The notes beneath the pieces are model-generated. The model saw only the letters and a program-made list of their open reading frames with translations, searched no databases and was not told the DNA's origin. Shown piece by piece: positions 40,771 through 54,068 of a DNA stretch of 64,000 bases. The position numbers and the translations under genes were made by a program. The DNA is from Selaginella moellendorffii (taxonomy: Eukaryota > Plantae > Lycopodiophyta): the NCBI RefSeq assembly GCF_000143415.4, contig NW_003314274.1, forward strand, positions 1,892,213-1,956,212, written 5' to 3'. Position 1 is the stretch's first letter, and each line of letters opens with the position of its first letter.

Positions 40771-43700
40771 ATGGAGGAAGGAGGCGATGGCGGCGACACC
40801 ATAGCCAGCGGCAAGAGATTGAAGACTGGATGCGGCCTGTTCGCCCAGCAATTCAAGGCGCTCATGCTCAAGAATCTCAAGGTCTCGATGCGCAACAAGA
40901 GGGCTTTCTTCCTCCAGGTGGCCTCCTCTTTCGGCTTCATCTTCTTGCTCTTCGTCGTCGATCAGGCAGCTATGGCGAGCCGCCGCAGCGATGCCTACTA
41001 CAGGGACGTGGTCGCAGCGAACCCTAAGCTTGTGGCTGCTATCCCGGCTTGCGAGAGCAGCGCCTTTATCCGGCCGCCGTGCTACGATTTCTTGTGGAGC
41101 GACAGTAGTAATCCGGATTTCGCAGCCATCGTGGAGAAGATCATGGCAAACAATCCAGGACGACCGATCCCTTCGCACAAGGTGATTCATTCTTTTGCTT
41201 TAAGTTTTTTTGCCTTGTGATATCGAATTTTTCTTTGGTAAGTTTTTCAGGTGAGAGGCTTTGGATCATCCAGCGAAGTGGATTCGTGGTTGCTATCAAA
41301 CCCAATGGCGTGCAGTGGGGCATTGCATCTCGAGCAAAGCTCCCCAGGTGTGATCTCCTATGGCTTACAATTTAACTCCACTCCCAGCGGTGTTTTGTTG
41401 CGTGGAAAGCATGAGAACGCACCCTTTAACTTCCAGCTGCCTTTGCAAGCGGCTGTGGAAAGGGAGATTACTCGCTTTCTAACTGGTACGCTCGAAACTA
41501 ATACCATCAATTGCTTAGTACCGTGCTTTCGTTTATGCAGGCAAGGATATCGAGTGGAATGTATGGTTTTCCGAGTATGCCCACCCCGATCTTGGAAGGT
41601 TTTCCAGTGTTGGAAGCTTTGGTCCTACTTTTTTATTCGCCTCTACTATGTTTTCAGTGGTGATTCTCATCAGCAAAATTGTTTACGAGAAAGAACTTAA
41701 GCTCAGGCAGGTACGATTCTAAAAAAATGGTCAAGCAGAAGTTTCTGACGCTTACACTTAGCAGGCCATGTCGACGATGGGCCTGTTTGATTCCGTTTAC
41801 TGGTTAACTTGGCTTACTTGGGAGGTTATGTTGGCTTTGAGCTCTTCGGCCTTTCTAATTATTTCAGGGATGATTTTCCGGCTGAACTTTTTCTTGAACA
41901 ATAGCTTTCTCATACTGTTTCTTATATTTTTCTTGTTTCAGTTTAACATGGTAAGTTTCAATGATTTGTCTCTTTCGTTTTAACGAAGTACTGGCAACAG
42001 ATTGGATTCGCATTTCTGTTCTCGACTTTTGTTACTAAGCTAGAAACTTCAAACTCCATGGGCTTTTGTATTTTTATTTTTGGGAGCTTGACTCAGGTAT
42101 GCACAAGTCTCTCTCTTTACTGTTTGCTAAGTTCTTCTTTCCATTTAGCTGGTGACAACGATGGGCTTCCCTTACGACCCCCGTTATCCCTCTTATATCA
42201 AAACGCTGTGGTCATTCTTTCCTCCAAACGTATTTGCCATTGGACTCATGTATCTTGGAGAGGGAACTGCAACTAAAAGAGACCGAGGTCTTCTTTGGAA
42301 AGATGTTTCATCATGTCCTCCATTTCACGTGGACTGTAATATTGTGATGGTAAGCTTGCAATGTTGTCCGCTCTCTAATGTGTTTGATACTGCCAGGCGG
42401 AGGTTTTCGTGTGGCTCCTTGGAACATTTTTTATCTGGTTCTTTCTCGCAATTTACTTCGACAACGTGTTGCCTGACGCAAATGGCCTTCGAAAGTCCTT
42501 ATATTACTTTGTGCGGCCATCCTACTGGGCTGGGAGATCTCGCTGCAAAAGAGGTACGCGAGCATCTTCCAGTAGCAAGTGGTAAATGTGCAATCTGAAC
42601 AGCTGAAAGAGATGGAACCGTGGATCTGAATGTGGCTGTACAGCTCAGAAACCTCACGAAAGTATTTCCTGGTGTAAGAACAAGAGGACGCTGGAAGAAA
42701 TCACCTCCTTTTCATGCACTCCAAGTAAGTTATGGCTGTTCATTCTTTTCTGGTTGCAAAATCGTCACAATATTCAGGGGGTAAGCTTGGACATCGAGAA
42801 GGAGAAAGTGTTTTGTTTGCTTGGTCATAATGGAGCTGGCAAGACGACAATCATCAACATCCTCACGGGCATTCTTCCTCTAACTTCAGGGGATGGTAAT
42901 GCTCTTCGAACCAGCTGTAATCCATTCAAAGCGTGAAACAGTCGCTCTTTGGCAGCTCTGGTCTATGGAATGTCAGTTACGAACGGTATGGCTCAAATTC
43001 GACATAGCATGGGAGTTTGTCCACAGGTAAGTCAGCAATGTATATTTCAAAAGCTCACCGAAAGTCCACTCGTTCTCAAATCAGTTTAATATTCTCTGGG
43101 ACGCGCTTACTGCGATTGAGCATCTACAAATTTTTGCCAGCATCAAAGGAATGCAGCCATCAAGAAGAAAAACGGTCAGCTCATCTCCGTAACTTTCTTT
43201 TCATTGTTTTGAGTTAGTTCTTTGATACAGGAGTGTAAACGACTCTTGCTCAGTTCTGATCTGTTGGAATCATCTCGGGGGAGGGTCAGCGCCTACAGTG
43301 AAGGGATGAAAAGGCGGCTGAGCGTAGCAATAGCTCTTATTGGTGACCCGAAAATAGTCTTCCTCGACGAACCAGTACGTAATGCAATGAACGTAAGTTT
43401 TATGTATATAATCCTCTTCCTTTTTGTCAGACAACAGGCATGGATCCAATTTCACGGAGGAAGGTATGGGAGATCATTGAGAAGTTAAAAACAGATCGAG
43501 CGATTGTCTTAACTACTCATTCCATGGAAGAAGCAGACAACTTGGGTGATAGTATTGCCATCGTAGCAAATGGCACACTTCGGTGTGTCGGTTCCTCGAT
43601 TCAGCTGAAACAGCAGTTTGGAGAAGGCTACATCGTCACTTGCAGCGTTAAAAGCACGGATAACAAAGCCGCGGTCAAGGATTTCTTTAAGCTTGTAAGT

Positions 43701-44032
43701 TTCAAAACACTTCTGCGTTTAAGTTGTAATTCCTGTACATTTCTTCTGTGCAGTACATGGACGTTGTAGCGAAGGAAGAGACCAGGTCTTACATGTCGTT
43801 CATTCTTCCGCGCCGAGATGAAAATCTACTTGCGGTAAGACCCAAGCATGCATGTACACAATCTAATATTTGTGACATGTTTCTCTGGAAGGTTTTCTTT
43901 GAGTTGCTTCAGAAGAAGCAAGAAGAGCTTGGCATTTTAGACATCCAACTCAGCCTCTCAACGTTGGAGGAAGTTTTCTTAAACGTACTGGAAGGAACAG
44001 GACAATCATGCAATTCAGAGCTTAAAGACTAA
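40771..44032 (+). CDS. ABC transporter A family half-size protein (ABCA2/ABCA9-type), multi-exon
   Basis: [15 protein letters not shown]...[80 protein letters not shown]. Confidence 0.9.
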
Positions 44033-44967
44033 CCCAAGGGTATTCCTCTATGTTTAATTTTCTAGGGCCCCTCTTTGCAGCCTTGCATTCACCTTCTTCT
44101 CCAGCATTGATAGAAATTGATTTAATCCAGGCATTCTCCTGCCATTTTACAAGGCTGGCCACAAAGCCAACTTGCCATTACTTCCATTGCAGGTTGTCCA
44201 TGGTGGTGGACTCATTCTTAGCAGGTATGCCAAAAGCTAAGGACTGTGTTGGGCATTTTTCACCAACTTAGCAGACTTTCTCATGCCCGGAGCTTTGAAA
44301 GTCCTTCAGTCAGAAGTGCCTCAACTGGCTCAATGAAAAGAGCCCGTCCTAACTTGGCAATATGAAGTGTTTACAAGCCCAACTAAAGCAAGTACCCATA
44401 TGTATGCATGCAAGTCCACTACTTGGTGGTATTATCTCATTTTAATTATGGGATATGTCGGCTTTGTTGTTCTTGGTGGATTCTAACCTCAAGGAATAAG
44501 TTTCTCTTATTTTCTCTTATTAGTCCAAATGTAAAAATTATATCTAAGATATCCAAGCATATTCAAAAATATTCTTTAATTCAATGGCTGTAATATTCTG
44601 CTCTTAAAATCTTCTCTAATTTCTTTCAATTAACATTTATTTTTATAATCTTTCTTATCACTAATGCAAATCAAGTAAGAAATTATTAAGAGGGATCACT
44701 TCCAAGTTATCACTAATTCATGAGATGATTTTGGGCTTGCAATAATCAATCACAAAGACCATTAAGAGTTTAGGTAAAAAATACAAGTTATGATTTATTG
44801 AGAAGTAGATATGCCATAAATAGTCAAATTACCCTTTATCATCTTTTACATGTTGTGGTATAACACAATTTTTTTTATCATTAATCTATTTCTAACCTTT
44901 TGAGGAAATAATGCTATTTTGGTTGTTGTAGATTATTTTATGAAAAACTTATTTCTTCTCAATGAAG

Positions 44968-45290
44968 TGTAATCAACTAAAGAAAACAACTTAATTTATA
45001 AGGGTTTAAATATAAAAAGAAAGGGCCCATTAATAAAACTATACCCTTTTTTCTAATTACTTAAAGGTCTTGGGATAATTAGGATTAAGTATATTTGTGT
45101 TTAAGTAATATTTGGTTGGCTGACCTCCAAGAAGTGCAGATTCAGAAGCTTATATTTAGTATTAAAAGATTTCAAATTAGATATTATTAGAAAAAACAAT
45201 ACATCCCTTTTTCTAAATATAAAGGAAAAAAGCCCATGAATATTGTTTTTGGTTTGAGGTCACCCATCCTTGGGTAGGTGACCTCCTAAG
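44968..45290 (+). mobile_element. Decayed Cassandra-like LTR copies
   Basis: 44968-45154 aligns with LTR 55458-55652 (tgtaatcaac...ttggttggctgacctcc...agcttata). A further box-C relic gggtaggtgacctcc lies near 45272. Confidence 0.7.
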
Positions 45291-45331
45291 AAAAAGGTAT
45301 TTTATGAGAAACTTGACTCAATAAGAAGTAT

Positions 45332-46029
45332 NNNNNNNNNNNNNNNNNNNNNNNNNNNNNNNNNNNNNNNNNNNNNNNNNNNNNNNNNNNNNNNNNNNNN
45401 NNNNNNNNNNNNNNNNNNNNNNNNNNNNNNNNNNNNNNNNNNNNNNNNNNNNNNNNNNNNNNNNNNNNNNNNNNNNNNNNNNNNNNNNNNNNNNNNNNNN
45501 NNNNNNNNNNNNNNNNNNNNNNNNNNNNNNNNNNNNNNNNNNNNNNNNNNNNNNNNNNNNNNNNNNNNNNNNNNNNNNNNNNNNNNNNNNNNNNNNNNNN
45601 NNNNNNNNNNNNNNNNNNNNNNNNNNNNNNNNNNNNNNNNNNNNNNNNNNNNNNNNNNNNNNNNNNNNNNNNNNNNNNNNNNNNNNNNNNNNNNNNNNNN
45701 NNNNNNNNNNNNNNNNNNNNNNNNNNNNNNNNNNNNNNNNNNNNNNNNNNNNNNNNNNNNNNNNNNNNNNNNNNNNNNNNNNNNNNNNNNNNNNNNNNNN
45801 NNNNNNNNNNNNNNNNNNNNNNNNNNNNNNNNNNNNNNNNNNNNNNNNNNNNNNNNNNNNNNNNNNNNNNNNNNNNNNNNNNNNNNNNNNNNNNNNNNNN
45901 NNNNNNNNNNNNNNNNNNNNNNNNNNNNNNNNNNNNNNNNNNNNNNNNNNNNNNNNNNNNNNNNNNNNNNNNNNNNNNNNNNNNNNNNNNNNNNNNNNNN
46001 NNNNNNNNNNNNNNNNNNNNNNNNNNNNN
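45332..46029. other. Assembly gap
   Basis: Run of n. Confidence 0.99.
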
Positions 46030-46364
46030 CGGTGGCGACTAGGTATTTTCTAACAAGTCTTTTGTTCTCTAATTTTTTTACATTTTATCTTTATTGCATG
46101 TGTGTGCATTGCTTATTGGGTTATTATAAACTTTAAAAAATCTAACTTAGGTATTTGTAAAGGGTTTAGTCCCTTGTTAAAGAGTTTAGAGTGATTGAAA
46201 ATATATTACACTTAATTTATACTTCTAATTTCCTATAGACCAAGCACATAAAGATTATAGGTGGGAATTCATACTATGATATGTTAGTTAAGATTAAAAA
46301 GATACAAAAAGTTGGAAAAATTATCAATTTGTAAAATACTTTTGGTTTTTAAATTCTTTGCTTT

Positions 46365-49300
46365 TGTGAGTGCTTGGAATATGGAAAGGGAATACAGAAA
46401 ATGTGTATATCAATTAGCCCAAAAACCCTAATTTATATATAGGAGTGAGTAACACGGGCTCGGGCTTAGGCTTGAGCACATGGGATGGTCCGGATTGAAA
46501 CCAATTTGATGATTACCAAAATCCCACTATGCTAATGTTAATATACAACATTGTAGCTGTACACTTGGCCCTTATATCATCCCCTCCTCTCGGAATAATG
46601 GAAGACCATCAAAGTTTTCTGGTAGATGGGCTGGAATTTAGAGGAACATCAGGAGGAGGCATTTGCGGATCTGTAAGTGTATTAATTGCTTATGATCCCT
46701 TTGTATAAAGCATTTCAACCGCTACATATACACAATTTTTGGAGGATCGGCCTACTCGACGTTATGTTAAACCTCATAAACTTGTAGTTTAACTTACCAA
46801 AACACCCGATATGGTCCTTTCTACTGTGCAAGGAGCCCCTTAGATAAACCACATACCATAAAATGGGGAAAATGGACTAACACCAAGTCATCCACTTTAT
46901 ATTCTGCAGGTGGACAATGATGGGAGTTGTAGTGCTATTGTTGTCCCATTTATATGCGGTCTAAGTGTTCGGCAAACTCTGCTTGGATAAGTGGAAGAAT
47001 GCTCGTCAAATATTGATCCTACAACCTAATATTGGCAGTTTGTGGCAATTACGAAAGTAAACCCAACTCCGTTAGTAGTATTGGATCATGATTATATAGG
47101 AGTTTATATGGTGAAGCACCAATAGAACTCTGCACATCTGTGACATATGCATACCAAAGAGACGGTAAATAACCATTCCAATCTGAATGCTGAAAGTTCA
47201 CATACTTCGCAATCATCCCTTTGAACGTCCGAACGAGCCATTCCACTAGACCATCTGATTGTGAATGATAAGCACTCGTGAAAGTGTGGCATATCCCTAA
47301 CCGAGATGTCAAAACATGAAATGCCTTAGCCATAAATGTGGGACCATTATCTGAAAGAATCCACTTTGGACAAGAATGCTGGAACATCACTCGATTGAAG
47401 AGGAAGTATCTAACAGGCTAGCAAGAGCATTAACTTCCACCCAACGAGTTAAGTAGTTAGAAGCAATAATAACATACTCATTACTAGCAATCAACCATGG
47501 AAAATGTCCCATAAGATTAAACCCCACCAACTCAAATGGACGGGAAATTGCAATTAACTTCAACCATCCTTTTGCGGTATGAGGGGGAGTATTACGAGTT
47601 TGGCACTAAATGCAGCTATGCACATACCGGATAATATCACGTCGCATCTCCGGCCAATTAAAAGATTTGTGCAGCTTCTTAGTCACACGACGATGTCCCA
47701 TATGCCCGCCTAGAATAAAAGAATCATGGTAGTCAAGGAGAAACTGTGGAATAAAGACGGAAGGCACCACCAGCTATAAAGGATCATTAGGATCTGTTCC
47801 CATAAAATAAAGAAGGCCATCTTCAAGGTGATATTGAGAATGTAAATGCCGGAATGGCAAGTCATCAACAAGTGATACAAGATTTTCAAACCCATCTCAA
47901 AGCCTTCAAATCCATGGCTCAAGCTTTTGAGACTCGCAAACCTCATCAAGAGAAGGTAGATCTTGCTCTGCACCTTGTGGATACTGAATGTCAAGTATAG
48001 CAACTGCCAACGGCACAAAATCCTCCTCTAGAAAATTCATAAATGCTAAAACAACAGACTCATCAGAAATATGATAAGAGAGTGGAGAAGGAAGAGGAGT
48101 TTAAGATAGAGCATCAACATCAACCATAAAACTCCCTAAGTGATGAATAACATCAAAATTATATAACTGAAGCTTCAAAGCCTACCAAGTAGTACGACCA
48201 ACTAGGTTCTTTCACTTCAATAATAAAGTAATGACAGCATGATCACCTTCAAGTAACATCTAAGAACCATGTAGATATGCATGAAGTTTCTCAAAACCCA
48301 AAATTACTACTAAACACTCCTTCTCTGTTGTGAAGTAGTTCACCTCTGTTGGTTCTAATGTATGGTTTATATATGCAATGGGATGGCACTGACCAAGCAC
48401 ACTCAGGCTCTTTTGCATCAACACACCTCCAAGACCAATATCAAAAGCATCCATACGTAAAATAAAAGGTTGAGTATAGTCAGGATATGCCAAAACCAGA
48501 GGAGTAATCAATAGCTTTTTAAGATCCACGAATATCCACTCACAATCTTGAGACATGATAAAAGATGACATTGATGACTTCAGCAATGCTCGCAATAGTG
48601 TAGTGTAATCAGAAAGATGATCCACAAAATGACTAAGATACTGCACCTTGCCCAGGAAGTGCTACATATCATTCACACACTTCGGAGTATGGAACTTTAG
48701 AACAACCATAAGTTTGTTAGAATCAACTTGCAAACCCTCACGAGAAATATGGTACCTAAGATAAGTTGTGTCCTTGAACCCAAATACGCACTTTGACCGC
48801 TTCAACTTTAAAACAACATCCCTTAGCCGATTCAACACTTTACAAACATTACAAATGTGTTCCTCCCACATCCCCTCCGAGTTGATCGCCTTTGGCATAT
48901 CACAAAGAACCTCATCCATCATTCGCTGAAAAGTTGCTAAAGCATTATTCAAACTAAACGGCATCACCAAGAATTTGTATAAACCAAACAATATACGAAA
49001 AGCAACTTTTAAGAATATCTTCTTCGGCCATCGATACTTGCCAGTACCCAAAAGCAAAATCTAGTTTGGTGAACCAACAACTTCCCCAAACGATCTAAGA
49101 AATCAACAGTGTGAGGAAGAGGGTACACATTCGGGATCGTCACTTCATTTAACGGATGATAGTCGATGCAAAAACGAATACTCCCATCAGGTTTGGTTAC
49201 AAGATGAAGTTCATATACCCAAGGACTCCACAACTTCCAAATAACAACCTTCTCCAACATATTTGCACATAAAATCTTGATCTCTTTAGGTGTCGACGAC

Positions 49301-51374
49301 AAATAGGAACCTTGATTGGACAAGCATCCCTAGTTGAAATTAGATGACGTGTGGCACTCTTGGCCACAAACAATAGGTCAAATTCAAAGAGATCAAAATA
49401 CTCTTTCATAAACTAGCTAACTATTACAACACAAAGATTGTAAAAGGGATCGAAAAAGGGAAGAGCAAAACAAGATAGAAATATAGAAGGAAATAAAGGG
49501 GGGGGGATAAAAGTAATGGAAGTAGAGGTAGAAGTAAAGAGATGAAGAGGTACAAAAGTGAGAAGAATAGATAAAATATAGAGAAGAGAAGCCTCAAAGT
49601 TACACTTTGCATGATTGCACTACAACTAATCCATACCAAGAATGAGGTCAAAAGCTTGACTCAATATCACCCGCAATAACTGCAACCCAAGCTTGAGATC
49701 GCACACACACACGATCAGATCTGCCTCATTCTGTGCACATGCATATGTACGGCTATTGCCATAAAGAATGAAAACTAGTCTGCCGCACGATGCAAGTGTA
49801 GACGGCAACATGTGGCAATAGGTCAAGCAATAGAAGATAAACTCGAACCTGTATCAACCAACATGGAAAGAATAATAAGAGACCTTTTATTATAAAAACA
49901 AGCTTGGAAAGTAAACACTGGGTGAACCCCTTGATGATACTCCCGAAAGAAAAATGAAGGGGTCACTGACTTATTCACATAACGTCCCTTCATTATTCGC
50001 ACGACTCCTCATTTCTCAAATGCATCTTGGTGTCCAGACCTTCCACTGCAGCACCACCAATAGAACGTTATTGATGCCAAGGTTGTCAAGACCCCCAACA
50101 AGATCAAGACTGGAAAATGCAAAAGACAAAGAGAAAAACTAGTGGAAACAAAGAAGAAGCCTTAGACTGGCGTTGATTCAGATTGTGGAGAAATGGAACA
50201 AGGCTAACCTATATATACTATAGGTTGATGAAGCTCCACCACTCTTGGATCATGGACGACCTAAATATAGCTGAGGTCGAGGAGGCGCCACATTAACATC
50301 AGGAATGTGGCTCGAGACTCAGGAATCGTACAGGAAATCAGAGAGTCAGAAATAGGGAAGTGTCTCGAGAGTTAGGAATAGGGAAGTGTCTCGAAAGTCA
50401 GGAATAGGGAAGTGTCTCGAGAATCAGGAATGTGGTCTGCAGGTCAGGAATCTGGTGAGAGTCAGGAATGTGGCAAGAATTGGGGGATTCCTAACAAAGG
50501 TCTCCACCCAGGAAATGGAGGTTGTCAATCCGGAAAACACCGACAACGTCGATAAGTGTGACCAACTTCATCACATGCCCAACAGTGAACATCATGGCCA
50601 TGACTATGTCCTTGCCCTTGTTCTTGAACTTCAGCAGTAGTGGCATCAACCTCCATTGGAACATGACTATTGGCCACAGGAAGTGGAGCGAAATGACGTG
50701 TAGCGAGAAGTGGAAAAAGTGATGTCTCGTAACGTTGTCCCAAGTGAAGAGTATTGTCAAGGGTAGTTGGAGCAAGTGCATGCACAAGTCCGATAAAATC
50801 CTGATGAAGTGCTAGCCATAACATTTCTAGCTTGATCCACTCCAACATATTTAACTCCGCATGAAGTAAGAGGGTTTGGAAATGAATGCCAAATTGCATC
50901 ACCAACTCAAATGGCCCTTAACGAAGATGATGCAATTGTTAGAATGCATCATCACAATCATCGGCATATCCGAATACGTGTTTGAAGACGTCTGGAAGAA
51001 CACTCCAATCCCGAGTGGTTGCACTTAAACCATTGTACAACTATAGTGTCATCCTATGGATGGAAAAGCTAGATCTAAACCAAAATCTTGAAAGGAAAGA
51101 ACAAAAAAAAGGAAATGGAAAAAGCTAGATTTAGATAATGCAAAAGTTAGATCTAAACCAAAATCCCAAATCCAAACACTCCTCAGGGACAATGAAAGGT
51201 GCCCCTCATCTCCACTAATATGAGTGCTTGGAATATAGAAAAGGAATAGTGTATATCAATTAGCCGAAAAACCCTAATTTATATGGTGCAAATTGAAATC
51301 AATCTGATGGCTACCAAAATCTCATTATGCTAATATTAGTATATGGCATCATAGCCGTACACTTAGCCCTCACA
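46365..51374 (-). mobile_element. Degenerate short-LTR Ty3/Gypsy element, copy 2 (sister of 26923-30837, inverted)
   Basis: LTRs 51219-51374 and 46365-46576, tRNA-Ala PBS 51201-51217, PPT ~46580-46591. Zn knuckle CWACDEVGHTYRRC, protease-end DLILGMD, RT, RNase H and integrase fragments. Flanks cttt/cttc. Confidence 0.92.
50341..50430 (+). repeat. 26-bp tandem repeat (3 copies plus) between gag and protease
   Basis: gagagtcaggaatagggaagtgtctc starting at 50341, 50367 and 50393. Confidence 0.85.
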
Positions 51375-51698
51375 CTTCCAATAATTGTATGGATTTTAAA
51401 TTTAATAAAACAATTTTTTGTAGAAAGCTTTTCTTTATTAAATAAAATAAAATAGAAATAGTTTAAAGTTAGAAAGAAAAGTATTTTTATATAAAGATCT
51501 AAACAAAAATCTGGAAAGAATTATCACATCTAGCAATTAAATATATTTTTGGTATTATGCAGTAAAGTTTGGTTTGCTTTAGTTCTGTTTATTTTTAAAT
51601 TAATATAGAAAGTAAATATTTTTTAAATGTAATTTTTAAAATTAAAATAAATTTAATTTTCCTATTTAAGTAAATACTTTTATTATATTTTAGTTCTC

Positions 51699-51908
51699 AT
51701 GGATTATAGGTATTTATATTCTGTTTTATTTATTACTAATATGGTTCTACTTATTATGGCAAATAAGTTATTATGTATACAAGTTTGTAGTGAATATAAT
51801 GGTTGTAAAAAACTCTGTGGCACACCATGTTTTCACCACGATCAATGTGAAGGGTCAAAATTTTGTAATATACATTTAGGATTTTGTATTCCTATGACAC
51901 AATTTTAG
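51699..51908 (+). CDS. Putative small secreted cysteine-rich peptide
   Basis: 69-aa ATG ORF with hydrophobic N-terminus and 8 Cys in the C-terminal 44 aa, in very AT-rich DNA. Confidence 0.5.
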   Translation: MDYRYLYSVLFITNMVLLIMANKLLCIQVCSEYNGCKKLCGTPCFHHDQCEGSKFCNIHLGFCIPMTQF

Positions 51909-52329
51909 AATTCAGTATAAAAGTTTGGAAATATCATTTACACTATAAAATCATATCATAATTAATACTATAAATATATATAAACAAAAACATATATATG
52001 TGTTCAAGAATTGTTTGTGTTACTTATGCTATCAAATTTTTTAACTTATCACTCATACAATTGATCTATAAGCATTGAGAAGCTAGGCATATGTGAGGAT
52101 GGGAATTGTAAAGAAATCAAATTTACACTTTCTTTAGGTTCTAAAAAATTTCTTTCTTCTTTTATAAATTATTTTGCTTTTTCCAAGTGAATTGGTGACA
52201 AGTGTTAGCAAGAGATTAATCCGAATAATGGCAATTAAAATTTTAAAAGTGATTAATTTTTCATATAAAAAATGTTTAATATTTTATAAAGTTCATGTGT
52301 AAGAAAATAAAAAGAATAACAATTCAAAA

Positions 52330-53000
52330 TAAAATTTATAAGAGTAAAAATTATGGAAAAATTAACCCATGAATAGAAGTGCACCCCTTTTCAAGGTATT
52401 AGGAATAGTAATAAATTGGTAACCTCTCAAGAAGTCTAAATTTAAAATTTTACATTTTGTATCAAAAATATGATTGATTTTAAAAAATTAAATAAAATGA
52501 CTTAAAAGATATACTTAATTGTAAGGAACTAAAGAAAACAACTTTAAATACAATTTATAGAAGTTCAAATATAAAGGGAAAAAGCATGTGAACAAAAGTG
52601 CATCCTTTTTTCCCAATTGGTTAAAGGTTTTAAAATAATTAATGTTAAGCATCATTAATTTGAGTAATATTTGGTTGGGAAAAATTTTAAGAGCTTATAT
52701 TTTATATCAAAAGTGTCTCAAGTTATACTCTATTGGTTAGCTAAAGGAATTATACCATATTGAGATTGATTAGTTTTCCAATTTATATTAAAAATGTCTT
52801 GAGTCCAACTTTATTGATTAACTAGAAAAATCACACTACATAGATTGATTAGTTTTCTAATTGGTTAAATGTTTGGAATATTTATTCTTGGGTTTAAATG
52901 AATACAAATACACTCCTTTTTAGAAGATTACATTATGATGATGTTTCTATTACTAAGTTAAATGGCCTTCTGAAAAATTTAAATTCAAAAACTTACATTA
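52330..53000 (+). mobile_element. Tandem decayed Cassandra-like LTR relics
   Basis: 52520-52698 aligns with 55458-55652. LTR-end relics near 52454 (followed by PBS-like tttgtatcaa) and 52997. Confidence 0.65.
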
Positions 53001-53369
53001 TAGTGGTGTTTCTATGGAAGTTTTGGTTTATATTATAGAAAGAATTCACTAGGAATATAAGTGTTTCAACTCTAGAATAGAAAGAGCTCTTAAATCTGGC
53101 AAATTATAAAATGATAGTCTTTGTAGTAAATAATTTGTTGAGTTGTGCAGCAATAATAATATGGTTTGCTTTATAAATAAAAAATCTAGCTAAAAAATTT
53201 ATTATATTCACTTAAATTAAGATGTCTAATTCCACCCTTAGAATCAAAATGCTCATAATGTAATCTCTAGCCTAATGTCTCAATCAACATGTCCCCACAC
53301 TAAAAGCCCATTTTCATTTTTCATTTTCATTTTTCTGCCTTCTTAAAACCAAGTTGGCATAAGTAGGGG

Positions 53370-53960
53370 GCAATAGATTGTATTGAACACTAGTGGTGAT
53401 AAAAGGACTATGGGAGGCAATATATGAAGATCATAAAATATTTGTGCTAGATTAGGTGCAAAGTGTTCAATTCAAGATCAAGAATATGATGGTAGGCATT
53501 TTGAATGTATACTCTTTGGCTGACTATTCTTGAGAGAGAGCTCAATTTTCCAAGTTTAATATGCTCTACAAAATCATTGCAAAAGAGATTGATACTAATT
53601 TTACTAGAGACTATACATGGCACATAATGGAAGGGAAATAGCTAGTGGATACTATGCTTTTAACACAAGAACAAGTTAAGGACTAGGAACTACAAATGGC
53701 TTTGATTCTTTTAGACTATGAAAAAGTGTATGATAGTTGGGTATTCTTGCAGGCAGCCACTCTATATCAAGATGTAGTTCGTAAAGTTACAATAAATAGG
53801 ACAATTGAAAACCTCTTTCATTAGAAGTCTACTAATTGTGTGTTTGCTTAATTTGTCTTTCTTTTAGTGGCTAACACACTACTTGTTGAGACTCATTGCA
53901 AGACAAACCAAGGGCCAACATAAATTTAGTGCCTTTATAGATGATATAAGAGTAGTTAGC
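53370..53960 (+). pseudogene. Highly degraded LINE (L1-like) reverse transcriptase relic
   Basis: ALILLDYEKVYDSWVFL near 53700 resembles LDFEKAYDRVDW.FL. A degenerate CPLAP.LF-like stretch and a DD pair follow downstream. Confidence 0.5.
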
Positions 53961-54040
53961 TTGCTTTAATTTATTAAAGAGTACCTGACTCTTTAAATTA
54001 TTTTAATGTAATATTATAAAAGTATAAAAAGAAAAACACA

Positions 54041-54068
54041 TAATAATAATAATAATAATAATAATAAT
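54041..54068 (+). repeat. (TAA)n microsatellite
   Basis: About 9 TAA units. Confidence 0.95.

Noticed and set aside
44050-44420. Possible extra coding segment downstream of the ABCA2-type gene
   Set aside because: No recognisable motif, and stops in the candidate frames.
50341-50430. CRISPR-like array
   Set aside because: Head-to-tail repeats with no unique spacers, no cas genes, eukaryotic context.
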